A stretch of 57,587 nucleotides of DNA from Candidatus Thorarchaeota archaeon (GCA_004524565.1 SDNZ01000004.1:1-57587); one strand, 5' to 3'. Numbered from the stretch's first letter, positions 37,102-47,335 are shown. Notes: generated by a model not told the origin, from the sequence alone. Numbers and translations: made by a program.

Positions 37102-38028
37102 CTAGAACCATTTTCTGGCTGCATAGTAGACAACTATAGCCATTATCGAACTAGATACTACAAGAATGGCAATGAATGCTGTCAGTCTAGCATCAAGAGT
37201 GGATGTGGTATTTGTTTCCGTTGTTGTGCTTGTAGTTGTTGTGCTTGTAGTCGAAGTGACTATATCTCCTGCAGTGAAGGTTGAATCTGAACAATCTGAG
37301 GAGAAATAAATACCATCAGTAACCCTCACTTCTACAAGATAAGTATCCAGCTTGTCTAGTCCTGTGCAATCCCATTCTAACCATTGTGCTGTTATGGAAG
37401 AAGCAAGTGTGTCAAAGGAAGTTCCACCATTGGCGGATATGAGTACATCATATCGTAACACTTCTGCAACATTGACATCTGATGCGGACCAAGTGATGTT
37501 GTTTCTACCAGACCATATTTCATTTCCGTTTGGAGCTATTACAGTAATACTGGGAACAAAGAAATTGCAGATTAATACGTTTGAGAATATTTGATAGAAT
37601 ACGGATCCATTAGAGAACCATGCTGTAGCATTGATAATACATGTTAAATTGTTACCAAGACCTCTTGTATCAATCTCGGTAATGTGGGAATTGAGGTCCT
37701 TTACCAATGTTGTAGGAATTACTGGAGCGTGTACTTCAAGTCGTGATCGTTCCACTAGTGATCCGTTCCATTCCGCAGTGAGTATAACGTGATCTCCAGC
37801 CAAAATCGAGTTCGAAGTAACTGGCTGTGCTGTTGGATCTGCAAACGTATGATAGGTTAGATTGAGACTTGGTACTGCTGCAAGTGATACTACTTCAAAA
37901 GGAGCTTGGCTTGAATATTGACTCTGCAGTGGATTCATCTGCAGTGAAACTGGCAATACTAGGGATATCATAAGAGCTAAGATTACTGCGAATCGTAGAT
38001 ATTTATGCGAATTTGTTAGATGGCGCAT
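37102..38028 (-). CDS. Secreted surface protein with Ig/FN3-like domain, Thr-rich linker and C-terminal TM anchor
   Basis: Signal peptide, P.ITVIAPNG.E...NITW.ASD, TSTTSTTTTSTTT linker, TM then RKWF. Confidence 0.8.
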   Translation of the reverse strand: MRHLTNSHKYLRFAVILALMISLVLPVSLQMNPLQSQYSSQAPFEVVSLAAVPSLNLTYHTFADPTAQPVTSNSILAGDHVILTAEWNGSLVERSRLEVHAPVIPTTLVKDLNSHITEIDTRGLGNNLTCIINATAWFSNGSVFYQIFSNVLICNFFVPSITVIAPNGNEIWSGRNNITWSASDVNVAEVLRYDVLISANGGTSFDTLASSITAQWLEWDCTGLDKLDTYLVEVRVTDGIYFSSDCSDSTFTAGDIVTSTTSTTTTSTTTETNTTSTLDARLTAFIAILVVSSSIMAIVVYYAARKWF

Positions 38029-38495
38029 TAGTCATCATCACCTTCTGGAAATGGTTGTTCTCTCCACACTTTGAGCGCTTCGTACCATAGTACGGCACAG
38101 GATGTTATCAAGAGTGCAAGAAGTATAGCTGAATACCAATCAGCAAACCAAAATGCGAGTGTTGTTAGAGCTGCGGTAATAGAAGAGAAGAAAGTTGCAT
38201 AAAACAAGAATCTAGGTACCATGAGACGACCTTTCCCCATGAATTGATTCAAGATTCCAACCCGTACATCACGTGTCACACTATATTGCCCATGAACATC
38301 TTTCTCGACTAGGCCAAACTGACGTAATCGTTCTAGATGGTGCATTGAAAGGGAAGGACTGGATAATTTAGCACCACGTTGAATTTCTCTTGCTGTTAAT
38401 GGTTCAGTATGGCGTAGCATATACCAGTATACACTGAGAGTCTTTCCTTTGATTAGTTCAGCCAATTCTTCATCATCAGGCTCATCTTTAGTCAA
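38028..38495 (-). CDS. wHTH regulator with two C-terminal TM helices
   Basis: GKTL.VYWY.L, AREIQR...LSSPSL..HHLE.L...GLV.K, then two TMs; TTG start at 38495. Confidence 0.82.
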   Translation of the reverse strand: MTKDEPDDEELAELIKGKTLSVYWYMLRHTEPLTAREIQRGAKLSSPSLSMHHLERLRQFGLVEKDVHGQYSVTRDVRVGILNQFMGKGRLMVPRFLFYATFFSSITAALTTLAFWFADWYSAILLALLITSCAVLWYEALKVWREQPFPEGDDD

Positions 38496-38716
38496 GACCA
38501 CTACTCCAACACTACCCAATCTTATATTTGCATGATATTAGAAAGGACACTTAAAGACTGCTAAATTGGTTCTCGATTTAAGGTCCGGCAAGGCAAGGCT
38601 AAAAAGGGGTTATAGTCCGCCATGGGTCACACCTGAATGCAATGTTCGGTACTTCCTCCAACTAGCTCCAGAGTGGAGTTGGTTCTCACACAAATGTGAT
38701 TCCGGAGAGAACATAG

Positions 38717-39058
38717 ATGTCAACGGTAAGGAAACCAATCACACCAAGACCTCCCAGAAGCCGAGAAAAGGTCTTAGTAATTCTTCAGGAGCAGTGCAAG
38801 CAATGCGGGCTCTGTATAGAATTTTGTCCTAAGAATGTCCTCTGCCTTACAGATATTTACAATCGGAAGGGATACCATCCTGTCACAGCGTGTGATATTG
38901 ATGCCTGTGTGAATTGTGAGTTCTGTGAACGCATATGTCCAGACATGGCAATCTTTCTCGTTGGTAGAGAAGAAGCCGAGAAAGCATACAAAGCTGGAGC
39001 AATACAGGAAGGTACAGTGATTCCTGAGTTCGAGGTGGCAAAGGAGGAGTCAAAGTAA
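38717..39058 (+). CDS. korD: 2-oxoacid:ferredoxin oxidoreductase delta (ferredoxin) subunit
   Basis: CKQCGLCIEFCP, CVNCEFCERICPD. Confidence 0.88.
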   Translation: MSTVRKPITPRPPRSREKVLVILQEQCKQCGLCIEFCPKNVLCLTDIYNRKGYHPVTACDIDACVNCEFCERICPDMAIFLVGREEAEKAYKAGAIQEGTVIPEFEVAKEESK

Positions 39059-40194
39059 TGCCAGAACGTGTAATGTTCACAATGGGCGATATTGCCTGTG
39101 CCGAAGGAGCTCTCAGTGCTGGTTGCCGATATTTTGGAGGGTATCCAATCACACCAGCTACAGAAATTGCAGAATGGATGGCACAGAGAATGCCTGAGCT
39201 TGGTGGAGCCTATGTTCAATACGAGGATGAGATTGCATCAATTACGAGTGTAATCGGAGCCTCATGGACTGGAGTCAAATCGATGACTGCTACATCCGGA
39301 CCTGGTGTTAGTCTAATGCTGGAAGCGATTGGTCTTGCTGTGATGACTGAAACCCCCTTGGTTTTGGTTAACATCATGCGTGGGGGACCAAGTACAGGTC
39401 AACCAACTAGAGGCCAGCAAGGGGATATCATGCAGGCGAAATGGGGTAGTCACGGGGACTATCAAATTATTGCATTAACCCCAGCCTCAGTACAAGAGAT
39501 GTTTGATCAGACAGTTCAAGCATTCAATCTCTCTGAAAAATATCGAACACCTGTCTTTGTTCTAGCTGATGAAACAGTTGGACATATGAGAGAACGACTT
39601 GTCATTCCTGATGAAAAGGACCTGAAATTAGAATACAGGAAGACTCCTACTGTCGATCCAGAAGAGTATCTTCCCTTCAAAGCAGATGATGATCTTGTTC
39701 CACCAATGGCATTGTTTGGATCAAAATACCAATTCTATGCTACAGGACTCACTCATGACGAACGTGGTTATCCCAGTGACAAGGAAGATGTTCAGATTGA
39801 TCTTATCACTCGGCTAAATGACAAGATAGTACGTAATGCTGACAAGATTATCGATGTAGAGCGAGTGGATCTTGAAGACGCAAGGATTGGAGTAATTGCC
39901 TATGGCACCCCCTCAAGAAGTGCAAAGAGAGCCATCAAAGATGCTCGTAAAGAGGGGATTAAAGCTGGGCTTCTAAGGTTAAAGACGGTGTGGCCATTCC
40001 CTGAAGAGCAGGTTGCACAACTCGCATCTGAGGTAGACCATATTATTGTTGCAGAACAAAATCTTGGTCAGGTCTATTATATGGTTAAAGCAGCAGCTGC
40101 ACCAACTCCTGTTCATCTAATGTCAAAACCTGCCGGAATGCCTCAACTACCACATGAAATTCTTGCAAAGCTCAGAGATATCAACTCCCTCTAG
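39058..40194 (+). CDS. korA: 2-oxoacid:ferredoxin oxidoreductase alpha subunit
   Basis: YPITPATE, EDE, TATSGPG, RGGPSTG.PT. Confidence 0.92.
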   Translation: MPERVMFTMGDIACAEGALSAGCRYFGGYPITPATEIAEWMAQRMPELGGAYVQYEDEIASITSVIGASWTGVKSMTATSGPGVSLMLEAIGLAVMTETPLVLVNIMRGGPSTGQPTRGQQGDIMQAKWGSHGDYQIIALTPASVQEMFDQTVQAFNLSEKYRTPVFVLADETVGHMRERLVIPDEKDLKLEYRKTPTVDPEEYLPFKADDDLVPPMALFGSKYQFYATGLTHDERGYPSDKEDVQIDLITRLNDKIVRNADKIIDVERVDLEDARIGVIAYGTPSRSAKRAIKDARKEGIKAGLLRLKTVWPFPEEQVAQLASEVDHIIVAEQNLGQVYYMVKAAAAPTPVHLMSKPAGMPQLPHEILAKLRDINSL

Positions 40195-40234
40195 TATTAG
40201 GAAAAGTTAAGGCAGAAATATACAATTTCAACGG

Positions 40235-41203
40235 ATGAGAGTTTTACTAACTGGAGCCTTTGGCAACATCGGAGAGAGCACATTACTTGCATTACTCGAG
40301 AAGAATTACGATGTCATATGTTTTGATATCCCTAATGAAAAGAACGCAAAGATAGCTAAGAAATTAGAGAAGCAAGGTAAGTTTGAAACAATCTGGGGAA
40401 ATATTCTTGATTTACCGTTAGTCAAATCAATAATCGAAGATGTAGATTGTATCATCCACCTAGCAGGTATAATCCCTCCGTTGTCTGAAACAAAACCAGA
40501 CTTGGCAAAATCAGTAAACCTTCAAGGAACAAAGAATGTCATTCAATCTGCAGAAAACAAAGAAACAAAAACAAAATTGATCTTTGCAAGTTCTGTTTCA
40601 ACTTATGGTCCGACAATGCACCTACAACCTCCACGAACAGTTGATGATCCACTAAACCCAACCGATGTATACACTGGAACAAAGGTAGAATGTGAGAAGA
40701 TAGTTGGGGAATCAAGCCTTCCATGGACAATCCTTCGGTTCGCCGCAGCTCCTCCCATGGAACTTGGTTCAGATATAGATTCTATTATCTTTGAGATTCC
40801 ATTAGACCAACGAATAGAATTCGTACATTCACGGGACGTTGGAATAGCCTGTGCAAATGCAGTAGAAGCAGAAACAATTGGAAAAACTCTGTTAATAGGT
40901 GGAGGAAAATTAAGTCAGATGATTCAACGCGAATTTGTATCAAGAATATTCGAAGGCATGGGAATAGGAATGCTACCGGATTCAGCTTTCAGAGTAGCTA
41001 CAAAGCCAGAAGAGTACTATTATACTGACTGGCTTGATACAGAAGAATCTCAACGGCTTCTACAATATCAGAAGAGGACCTTTGATGATTATTTAGAAGA
41101 GATGAAGTCTCAACTTGGTATGATGAAGTATGTTGCAAAGTTATTCAAGGGTCAGGCACAAAAGAGAATACTCAAGGTATCACCATATTACAAAGAGGAA
41201 TGA
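40235..41203 (+). CDS. Extended SDR, NAD-dependent epimerase/dehydratase (3-beta-HSD-like)
   Basis: TGAFGNIG, HLAG, ASS, YTGTK (YxxxK). Confidence 0.88.
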   Translation: MRVLLTGAFGNIGESTLLALLEKNYDVICFDIPNEKNAKIAKKLEKQGKFETIWGNILDLPLVKSIIEDVDCIIHLAGIIPPLSETKPDLAKSVNLQGTKNVIQSAENKETKTKLIFASSVSTYGPTMHLQPPRTVDDPLNPTDVYTGTKVECEKIVGESSLPWTILRFAAAPPMELGSDIDSIIFEIPLDQRIEFVHSRDVGIACANAVEAETIGKTLLIGGGKLSQMIQREFVSRIFEGMGIGMLPDSAFRVATKPEEYYYTDWLDTEESQRLLQYQKRTFDDYLEEMKSQLGMMKYVAKLFKGQAQKRILKVSPYYKEE

Positions 41204-41308
41204 TCATCTCGATTAATTAAAAATGGAGTAATAACAAAGAACGTAAAAGGAAATTCCTGAATCACTATGTGGAAGAACAATATAATATGACCAATATCTG
41301 GTGATATT

Positions 41309-41812
41309 TTGAATGAACTTGAGAACTTGGTGAAAAGAGCAGAAGAACTACGAGAGAATGACCGCATCGCTGATGCTGAAGACCATGTCAGATATGCGTT
41401 AGAGAGATATGAAGACTCTTGGGAATTGTGGTCCCAACTAGGACATATTCTTTCACGAAAACAGGAATCTGCTGAAGCTGCTGAAGCATTCATGACTGCT
41501 ACCACTCTTAATCCGGGAGAATTCTGGCTGTGGCTGTATCTAGGCTATGCTCAAAGAGATCTAGAGGATTACGAATCTGCGATTGAATCGACTGAAAATG
41601 CGCTGAGAGTTGAAAGTGGGCAGAATGAACTCGACCAGGCAAACTATAATCTAGCTTGTTATTATGCACTCTTAGGTCGCAATAAAGAAGCAATGGATTA
41701 TCTCAAGGAAGCGCTAGAAAATAATGATTCTATGAAGGAATGGGCACGCGAAGATTCCGACCTGAATTCCCTTAGAAGTGAGCCGGGATTTGAGTTCCTT
41801 GTTGAAAGATAG
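41309..41812 (+). CDS. TPR-repeat protein
   Basis: W..LG repeats; YNLACYYA...A..D.DL.SLR end motif. Confidence 0.88.
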   Translation: MNELENLVKRAEELRENDRIADAEDHVRYALERYEDSWELWSQLGHILSRKQESAEAAEAFMTATTLNPGEFWLWLYLGYAQRDLEDYESAIESTENALRVESGQNELDQANYNLACYYALLGRNKEAMDYLKEALENNDSMKEWAREDSDLNSLRSEPGFEFLVER

Positions 41813-41932
41813 AAGCTCAACGGGTTGCAACTGAGAATCTTTTCGATGAAGCATTACCATATTATAAAAAACAAGACTAGGGAGAAGCAATAGATGGATT
41901 AATAATTTTATTTACAATTTGACTGGTTTGTA

Positions 41933-42013
41933 ATGCAGTTCGGTGTAAAGATAGTTAGCTATTCTCGTGAAGATCGACAGCCATTCATTTACTACTCATT
42001 CATCATTATTTGA
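41933..42013 (+). pseudogene. Remnant of a korB 5' end
   Basis: Encodes SYSREDRQPFIYY versus KYIREDRQPWIYC in korB; 21/25 nt identity between 41969-41993 and 42191-42215. Confidence 0.55.
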
Positions 42014-42139
42014 GTGAACTACTTTTTAGAATCAGATAATTTCTAATTTACAGTGTTAAGATTGTTCTAAGAAAATCCTGACCACATCAACAACCCTTTT
42101 ATCATGTTTAGTTAGAGCTCGTGATAGGGAGAACCTCCT

Positions 42140-42985
42140 ATGACTGAAAGCGTACCCGTCTTGAAGCATCCAATGGCGAAGTACATCAGAGAAGATCGCC
42201 AACCATGGATTTACTGCCCAGGCTGTTCTGTTGGAATAGTTACAGGAATGCTTGCGCGTGCAATCGACAATCTAGGTCTGGACTTCAACAAGACCGTCAT
42301 CATATCGGGAATTGGTTGTACAGGTCGAACTTCAGGATATTTCAAGACCGGAACATTTCATACAACTCACGGAAGATCAATCGCTTTTGCTGAAGGGGTG
42401 AAGATAGCCAATCCGGAATTGGAGGTCATTGTTGTGAGTGGAGATGGAGACCTAGCTGCAATAGGTGGCAACCACTTGATTCATGCATGCCGAAGGAACA
42501 TCGATATGACTGTCATTTGTATTAACAATTTTAACTACGGGATGACAGGGGGACAATTCGGTCCAACTACAGAACATGAAAAATACTCCCAAACCAGTCC
42601 CGCTCCAATAGGGAATATGGAACACCCATTCAATTTAGTAAAACTTGCAGCATCATCAGGTGCAACCTTTGTCGCAAGATGGACTGCAGTACAGGCTCGC
42701 AGAGCGACTAAATCAATTGAGAAGGGAATCACAAAGAAAGGCTTCTCTTTCGTTGAGATCATCGGAGCGTGTCCAACAGCCTATGGTAGAATGAACCGTT
42801 TAGGTGATGGTAATACCATGCACAAACATCTACTTGAGGTTGCAGAGATTCAAAATGGACTACCTCCACATGAAGCAGAACTCAGCTATGCAGACAAAAT
42901 CATCTGTGGAGAATTTCTGGACATTGAGAAACCTGAGTACACTGAAGTGCTTGCAGGAATGCAACGTAGAACCAAGGGTGAATAA
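42140..42985 (+). CDS. korB: 2-oxoacid:ferredoxin oxidoreductase beta subunit
   Basis: CPGC, SGIGC, HGR, GDGD...NN (TPP motif), YGMTGGQ. Confidence 0.92.
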   Translation: MTESVPVLKHPMAKYIREDRQPWIYCPGCSVGIVTGMLARAIDNLGLDFNKTVIISGIGCTGRTSGYFKTGTFHTTHGRSIAFAEGVKIANPELEVIVVSGDGDLAAIGGNHLIHACRRNIDMTVICINNFNYGMTGGQFGPTTEHEKYSQTSPAPIGNMEHPFNLVKLAASSGATFVARWTAVQARRATKSIEKGITKKGFSFVEIIGACPTAYGRMNRLGDGNTMHKHLLEVAEIQNGLPPHEAELSYADKIICGEFLDIEKPEYTEVLAGMQRRTKGE

Positions 42986-42986
42986 G

Positions 42987-43544
42987 ATGACTAGATACGA
43001 AGTCAGAATCGGAGGATTCGGCGGTCAGGGTGTAGTTACTATGGCAGTTGTCGCTGGAGAAACTGCATCACTCTATGACAAAAAGTATGTCGTACAGACT
43101 CAGTCATATGGTCCAGAAGCTCGTGGTGGAGCAAGCAAGAGTGAGATTGTTATCTCTGATGAAGAGGTAGATTATCCCAAAGTACAGGCTCCCGATGTTT
43201 TTGTTGTTCTTAGTAGAGCTGCATATCTAGAATATATCAAAGGTCTCAAGGATGATGGAATTCTAATTATCGATGAAGATCTTGTTGAGATTGAAGGAGA
43301 TCTTCCAAAAACAGTGAAGGTCTATAAGATACCTGCAACAAGAATTGCTGACAAAGAAGTAGGGAATAAACAATCCACAAACATTGTGATGCTTGGAGCT
43401 TTAACAGTGATAACAAAGATTCTGTCTGTTGAAGGGTTAAAAGCACGTATTGAAGAGAGATGGCCCAGATTCCTGAAGTCAAATATGCTTGCACTTGAGT
43501 TGGGTATGAAAGCTGGTGAAGAAGCACTTGCTAAGGCAGCATAA
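42987..43544 (+). CDS. korC: 2-oxoacid:ferredoxin oxidoreductase gamma subunit
   Basis: GFGGQG, SYGPEARGG, NIVMLGA; start moved to ATG 42987. Confidence 0.92.
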   Translation: MTRYEVRIGGFGGQGVVTMAVVAGETASLYDKKYVVQTQSYGPEARGGASKSEIVISDEEVDYPKVQAPDVFVVLSRAAYLEYIKGLKDDGILIIDEDLVEIEGDLPKTVKVYKIPATRIADKEVGNKQSTNIVMLGALTVITKILSVEGLKARIEERWPRFLKSNMLALELGMKAGEEALAKAA

Positions 43545-43573
43545 TTGAATCTCGTTCAATCAAAATAATTCTG

Positions 43574-43927
43574 TCATTTCTTTTTTTTCGGTTCTTTATG
43601 AGGAAGACTTGATACATACGAAACTGACTTTTGAATCAGATCTCTCAATTTAGACTTCTTGTCAAGTACACAATCTAACAAAACAACATACTCCCCCATA
43701 ACCATACCTTTGCGCGGTTCAAAGAGAGTGATACCATCGTGTAACAAGGCTTCATCGCGGTCTTCAGAAGATAGTCTTAGAAAGAGATATGATTGATGAA
43801 CTCCAGCGAACATGTTCCTATTGATGAAAAATGCATATTTCCCAAACATCTTCTTCTCAACAAAATCAACCTCTGGTATATGTTGTTTGAGCAATTCTCT
43901 TAGTTCATCTTCAGACCTTTTTGTCAT
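43574..43927 (-). CDS. TfoX/Sxy N-terminal domain protein
   Basis: EKKMFG..AFF.N.NMFAG motif. Confidence 0.82.
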   Translation of the reverse strand: MTKRSEDELRELLKQHIPEVDFVEKKMFGKYAFFINRNMFAGVHQSYLFLRLSSEDRDEALLHDGITLFEPRKGMVMGEYVVLLDCVLDKKSKLRDLIQKSVSYVSSLPHKEPKKKK

Positions 43928-43941
43928 GGTAATTAACCATC

Positions 43942-44712
43942 TTACTCAATTGCTAAAACTGCAGCGCCTAGTGCGCCTGTAAGCTGTGGTTCTTCAGGAA
44001 TCCAGAGGTCTAATCCTAGATGCTTTGAAAGGTAATGTCGAAAAGCAGGATTCAGGGCAACTCCACCAGTAACACAGACAGGAGGTACCACCTTCACTCG
44101 TTTTGCTAGAGATCCAATCTTGGTCGTCATTGATACGTGGATACCTGCTGCAATATTTGCAGGTTTTTCTCCCGCACCTATATGACCAATGACTTCGCTT
44201 TCTGCAAAGACCGTACAAGTACTGCTAATTGATGAGGGAGTTTTAGACTGGAGTGCAAGAGGCCCTAGCTCATCTAGTGTAACACCTAAGACTCTAGCCA
44301 TAACTTCCAGAAATCGTCCCGTTCCAGCAGAACACTTGTCGTTGAGCTCGAAATCTTCTGGTCTTCCATCTTTGCCTATCCGAATAACTTTTGCATCTTG
44401 CCCGCCGACATCGATTAGCATACGGATTTCCGGATTAAGTGAGTGAACACCAATGCTATGACAGGTAATCTCTGTTACGGTCTTCGTGGATTTCTCAATA
44501 CGAGCTCGACCATACCCTGTTCCTATTATTGGAATATTGTCTAGCTGAAGTCCCGATTGCAATTCAAGTTCTCTAAGAATTTCATCAATTGCATGAGCGG
44601 CTGCAGCTCCTGTAAGCATGATGTGTTTAGCTCTAACATTCTTTTCACTGTCAATAAGAAGTCCTTTTGCGGTTGTAGAACCTACATCAATACCAATCCC
44701 AAATTTATCCAC
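43942..44712 (-). CDS. hgdC: 2-hydroxyacyl-CoA dehydratase activator (HgdC/BadF-type ATPase)
   Basis: GIDVGSTT, TGYGR, EITCH, DVGGQD, NDKCSAGTG, CTVFAESE. Confidence 0.9.
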   Translation of the reverse strand: MDKFGIGIDVGSTTAKGLLIDSEKNVRAKHIMLTGAAAAHAIDEILRELELQSGLQLDNIPIIGTGYGRARIEKSTKTVTEITCHSIGVHSLNPEIRMLIDVGGQDAKVIRIGKDGRPEDFELNDKCSAGTGRFLEVMARVLGVTLDELGPLALQSKTPSSISSTCTVFAESEVIGHIGAGEKPANIAAGIHVSMTTKIGSLAKRVKVVPPVCVTGGVALNPAFRHYLSKHLGLDLWIPEEPQLTGALGAAVLAIE

Positions 44713-44721
44713 TATATAACC

Positions 44722-45939
44722 TCACATGAACATCTCTAGTAATGCATCCACTCTTGTCTGAATTTGAGCCTCGTTGTATACTCTGGAATCAACCATGTCT
44801 CCTTCTATCACGACACCGGGTACACCAGTACGCTCAGCAACTATTTCTTTTGAAACTAGTTGACCCAGAGAATACCGTTTGCATGAACGAACAGAGAACA
44901 TAACAAATCCGTCAAGATTGTAGTCTTTAATCATCTTACACATTTTGTCTATCTTAGCATTTAATCCCTTGTTGAGATACACATTGGAATAGATACTAAC
45001 GACACTACCGAATAGATCATCGCCTTCAATCTTTCCAGACCATGCATGAGTATAGGTATCTGCAGGAAAGACTACGCCTCGTTTAGCAAGCCCGTTAAAG
45101 AACTTGAAAATAGAATGCCATGGTGGAATATTATCCCAAAGAAGACGTATCTTCTCATCACGGATTGCCCCAAGACCTTCCTTTACACGCATCTCAACCT
45201 CATCTAAGAGACTTTGATAGAAATCAATGATTAGCTCTGTACCTCTCATTGAAACAACTGGACCCATTGCTAAGAATCGATCAGCACAATTAAGTGGGGA
45301 GGGACTTGTTTTGCATGCAGTCAGTGACTTAGTCCATAGTCCCAGTGCTTTGCTAGATAGGTCTGCAACTTCTTGCATCCGTTCATCTGTTAGAGTCTTA
45401 TTGAAGGTGGTTCCAAGAAATGCCACCAATCGTTCAATACCTCTACGTACATACTCCTTGTGATGGTCAGGTTGTTCATCCTCAATCGGAGGAGTATCAA
45501 ACAAGAAGACTGGCGCGCCAGTCTGCTCTGATATCGCATCATACCACCTTAGAACAGTACCACAGATATTATTCCCTGCTAGAAGTGCCTGTGGTTTAGG
45601 CAGTCCTTCCATTGGACTATTATCAGGATTCTCAACAGAACCAATACTTGCACGTGCGTAGGAGCAGAGCTCTTGGGAATATCCAATATCTTCAGCGTAC
45701 CCACAAACTTCGGGTCCTACTTTTTGAGATCCAACAATTGCTCCGTACTGCTCTGGGTAACTCACACCAACATCCATTGCTACAGGAATCTCAACAGGAA
45801 ATCCTGACGTGACCCATGCAAGACGGTTCTCTTCGCTTGCTTGGTGTCCCATCAACATATTCTGGAACATTATCTGTTGAAGAAGCTTGTTAGATTCAAG
45901 TTGACGATAGACTTTTTCTTCCTTTTTCATTTCAGTCAA
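44722..45939 (-). CDS. 2-hydroxyacyl-CoA dehydratase subunit (HgdA/BcrB-like)
   Basis: YPE, LCSY, NICG, RSCK, EGDMVD.R; TTG start at 45939 after GAGGTG. Confidence 0.85.
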   Translation of the reverse strand: MTEMKKEEKVYRQLESNKLLQQIMFQNMLMGHQASEENRLAWVTSGFPVEIPVAMDVGVSYPEQYGAIVGSQKVGPEVCGYAEDIGYSQELCSYARASIGSVENPDNSPMEGLPKPQALLAGNNICGTVLRWYDAISEQTGAPVFLFDTPPIEDEQPDHHKEYVRRGIERLVAFLGTTFNKTLTDERMQEVADLSSKALGLWTKSLTACKTSPSPLNCADRFLAMGPVVSMRGTELIIDFYQSLLDEVEMRVKEGLGAIRDEKIRLLWDNIPPWHSIFKFFNGLAKRGVVFPADTYTHAWSGKIEGDDLFGSVVSIYSNVYLNKGLNAKIDKMCKMIKDYNLDGFVMFSVRSCKRYSLGQLVSKEIVAERTGVPGVVIEGDMVDSRVYNEAQIQTRVDALLEMFM

Positions 45940-45949
45940 TATGTTCACC

Positions 45950-47158
45950 TCAAGAGATACCAAGCGATTCTAGAAATGTTTGAATTTTCACTTCAATACG
46001 AGCTCGATCGGATAGTTCAGGATCGAGAGGAATTCGAACAGTACGAATTCCTGCAGCAGATGCAGCCTTCTCAATTGAAGGGGCTTCGAACTGGTCCGGG
46101 TCGCAGAATGATTGTTCGCAAATTATCAGGCCATCAATATGAAGTGCTTTAACTAAATCCTTGAGAAAATCCATTCGATACCGTAGTCCCTCTTGGGTCG
46201 GTTCGCCAGGTGCAGCCAAGATTGATTTTGCCATTTCTTCAAAGGGATTGCCACTCCTGTTAATTGGAGGTGCAAAGACGCTCTTGAACCCAAATGAAAG
46301 AAGGTCTAAGATTAGTATAGAATCATCTACACTGTCGATTCCGTTAATGATGGTAGCAATAGCTTGAGGTTCAACCATTCCTCCAACAACAAGAAGCCTA
46401 GGACCAGAAGGAGGTTTGAATGAATTTACCTTGGAGAGGTCTTTCTTTTGAAGACCTGATAGGATCGAATCGATGATACCTAAGAGCCCTTTTGATTTCA
46501 ATTTTTCTTTTACTAATAATGTAACTCTATGGATTTCAGAACCTACAGACGTTACTGGGGCTGATAAGAAAGATCGAACAAGACGTGCGAGTTCAGTATA
46601 TGATAGTACTTCAGGATCGACTACTCTAGCAGCATAGAGAAATTGTGCATCAAGACGAAATTCTCGAATTAGTGAGACCGCTCTTTCGTAATTATCAGTT
46701 GTGAATGGGCGGTCTAGGGTAGATTCAATCGTGCTACTGAGAATCTCAAGTTCCTTCGTCAAGTATATTTCAGCAGAGTCGTCATTTGCATATCTAGTTA
46801 CAGGATATGTCAAACGAAAGACACGGTCTTCAGAAAACCGGACCTTCCAGATGTCAGTAAGGTTCTGGAGAGAATCACATGTGTTTCCTGGAAAAAGAAG
46901 ACCCGAAATTGGGGGTAGTTGCTCATTGGTTCTCTGGTTGTACAGGTTTCTGATATATGAACATGCAAATGTTTGCAGGCTTTCTTCGAACCCACTAGTT
47001 ATCCCAGGAATCGCTCTCATTAACGATGGTGTGAAACCATGAGCAAGTATTAGTTCGAGAGGAGTATGAGGATAGATGTATCCTATAATTTCCTCACCTG
47101 CTTCTACGAGCTCTCTCAGACCCGAATCAGATTGTTCCAGTACTCCTTCGTAGCTCAA
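45950..47158 (-). CDS. 2-hydroxyacyl-CoA dehydratase subunit (HgdB/BcrC-like)
   Basis: PLELI.A.G, FACS, TCD, FCDP. Confidence 0.82.
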   Translation of the reverse strand: MSYEGVLEQSDSGLRELVEAGEEIIGYIYPHTPLELILAHGFTPSLMRAIPGITSGFEESLQTFACSYIRNLYNQRTNEQLPPISGLLFPGNTCDSLQNLTDIWKVRFSEDRVFRLTYPVTRYANDDSAEIYLTKELEILSSTIESTLDRPFTTDNYERAVSLIREFRLDAQFLYAARVVDPEVLSYTELARLVRSFLSAPVTSVGSEIHRVTLLVKEKLKSKGLLGIIDSILSGLQKKDLSKVNSFKPPSGPRLLVVGGMVEPQAIATIINGIDSVDDSILILDLLSFGFKSVFAPPINRSGNPFEEMAKSILAAPGEPTQEGLRYRMDFLKDLVKALHIDGLIICEQSFCDPDQFEAPSIEKAASAAGIRTVRIPLDPELSDRARIEVKIQTFLESLGIS

Positions 47159-47335
47159 TATGGTCCACCTAATGATGAGTATCTAACGACATACATCTTA
47201 TTTGTTGTGCTAGAGAGCCAATTTTTCGAAGGGCGAAGGAATTATGTACTGCAATATCTATGTAGGAGAGCTATACTTAGAATGAATTTGACCTACTATT
47301 TATTGGTCAGGTCATGATAAGGAGAGGAGACAAAG

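Noticed and set aside
37200-37260. GTT/GTA-rich low-complexity tract as a DNA repeat element
   Set aside because: It encodes the Thr/Ser linker of the surface protein.
38600-38716. TPP riboswitch upstream of the kor operon
   Set aside because: ACCTGA is present, but the CUGAGA and downstream conserved elements are missing.
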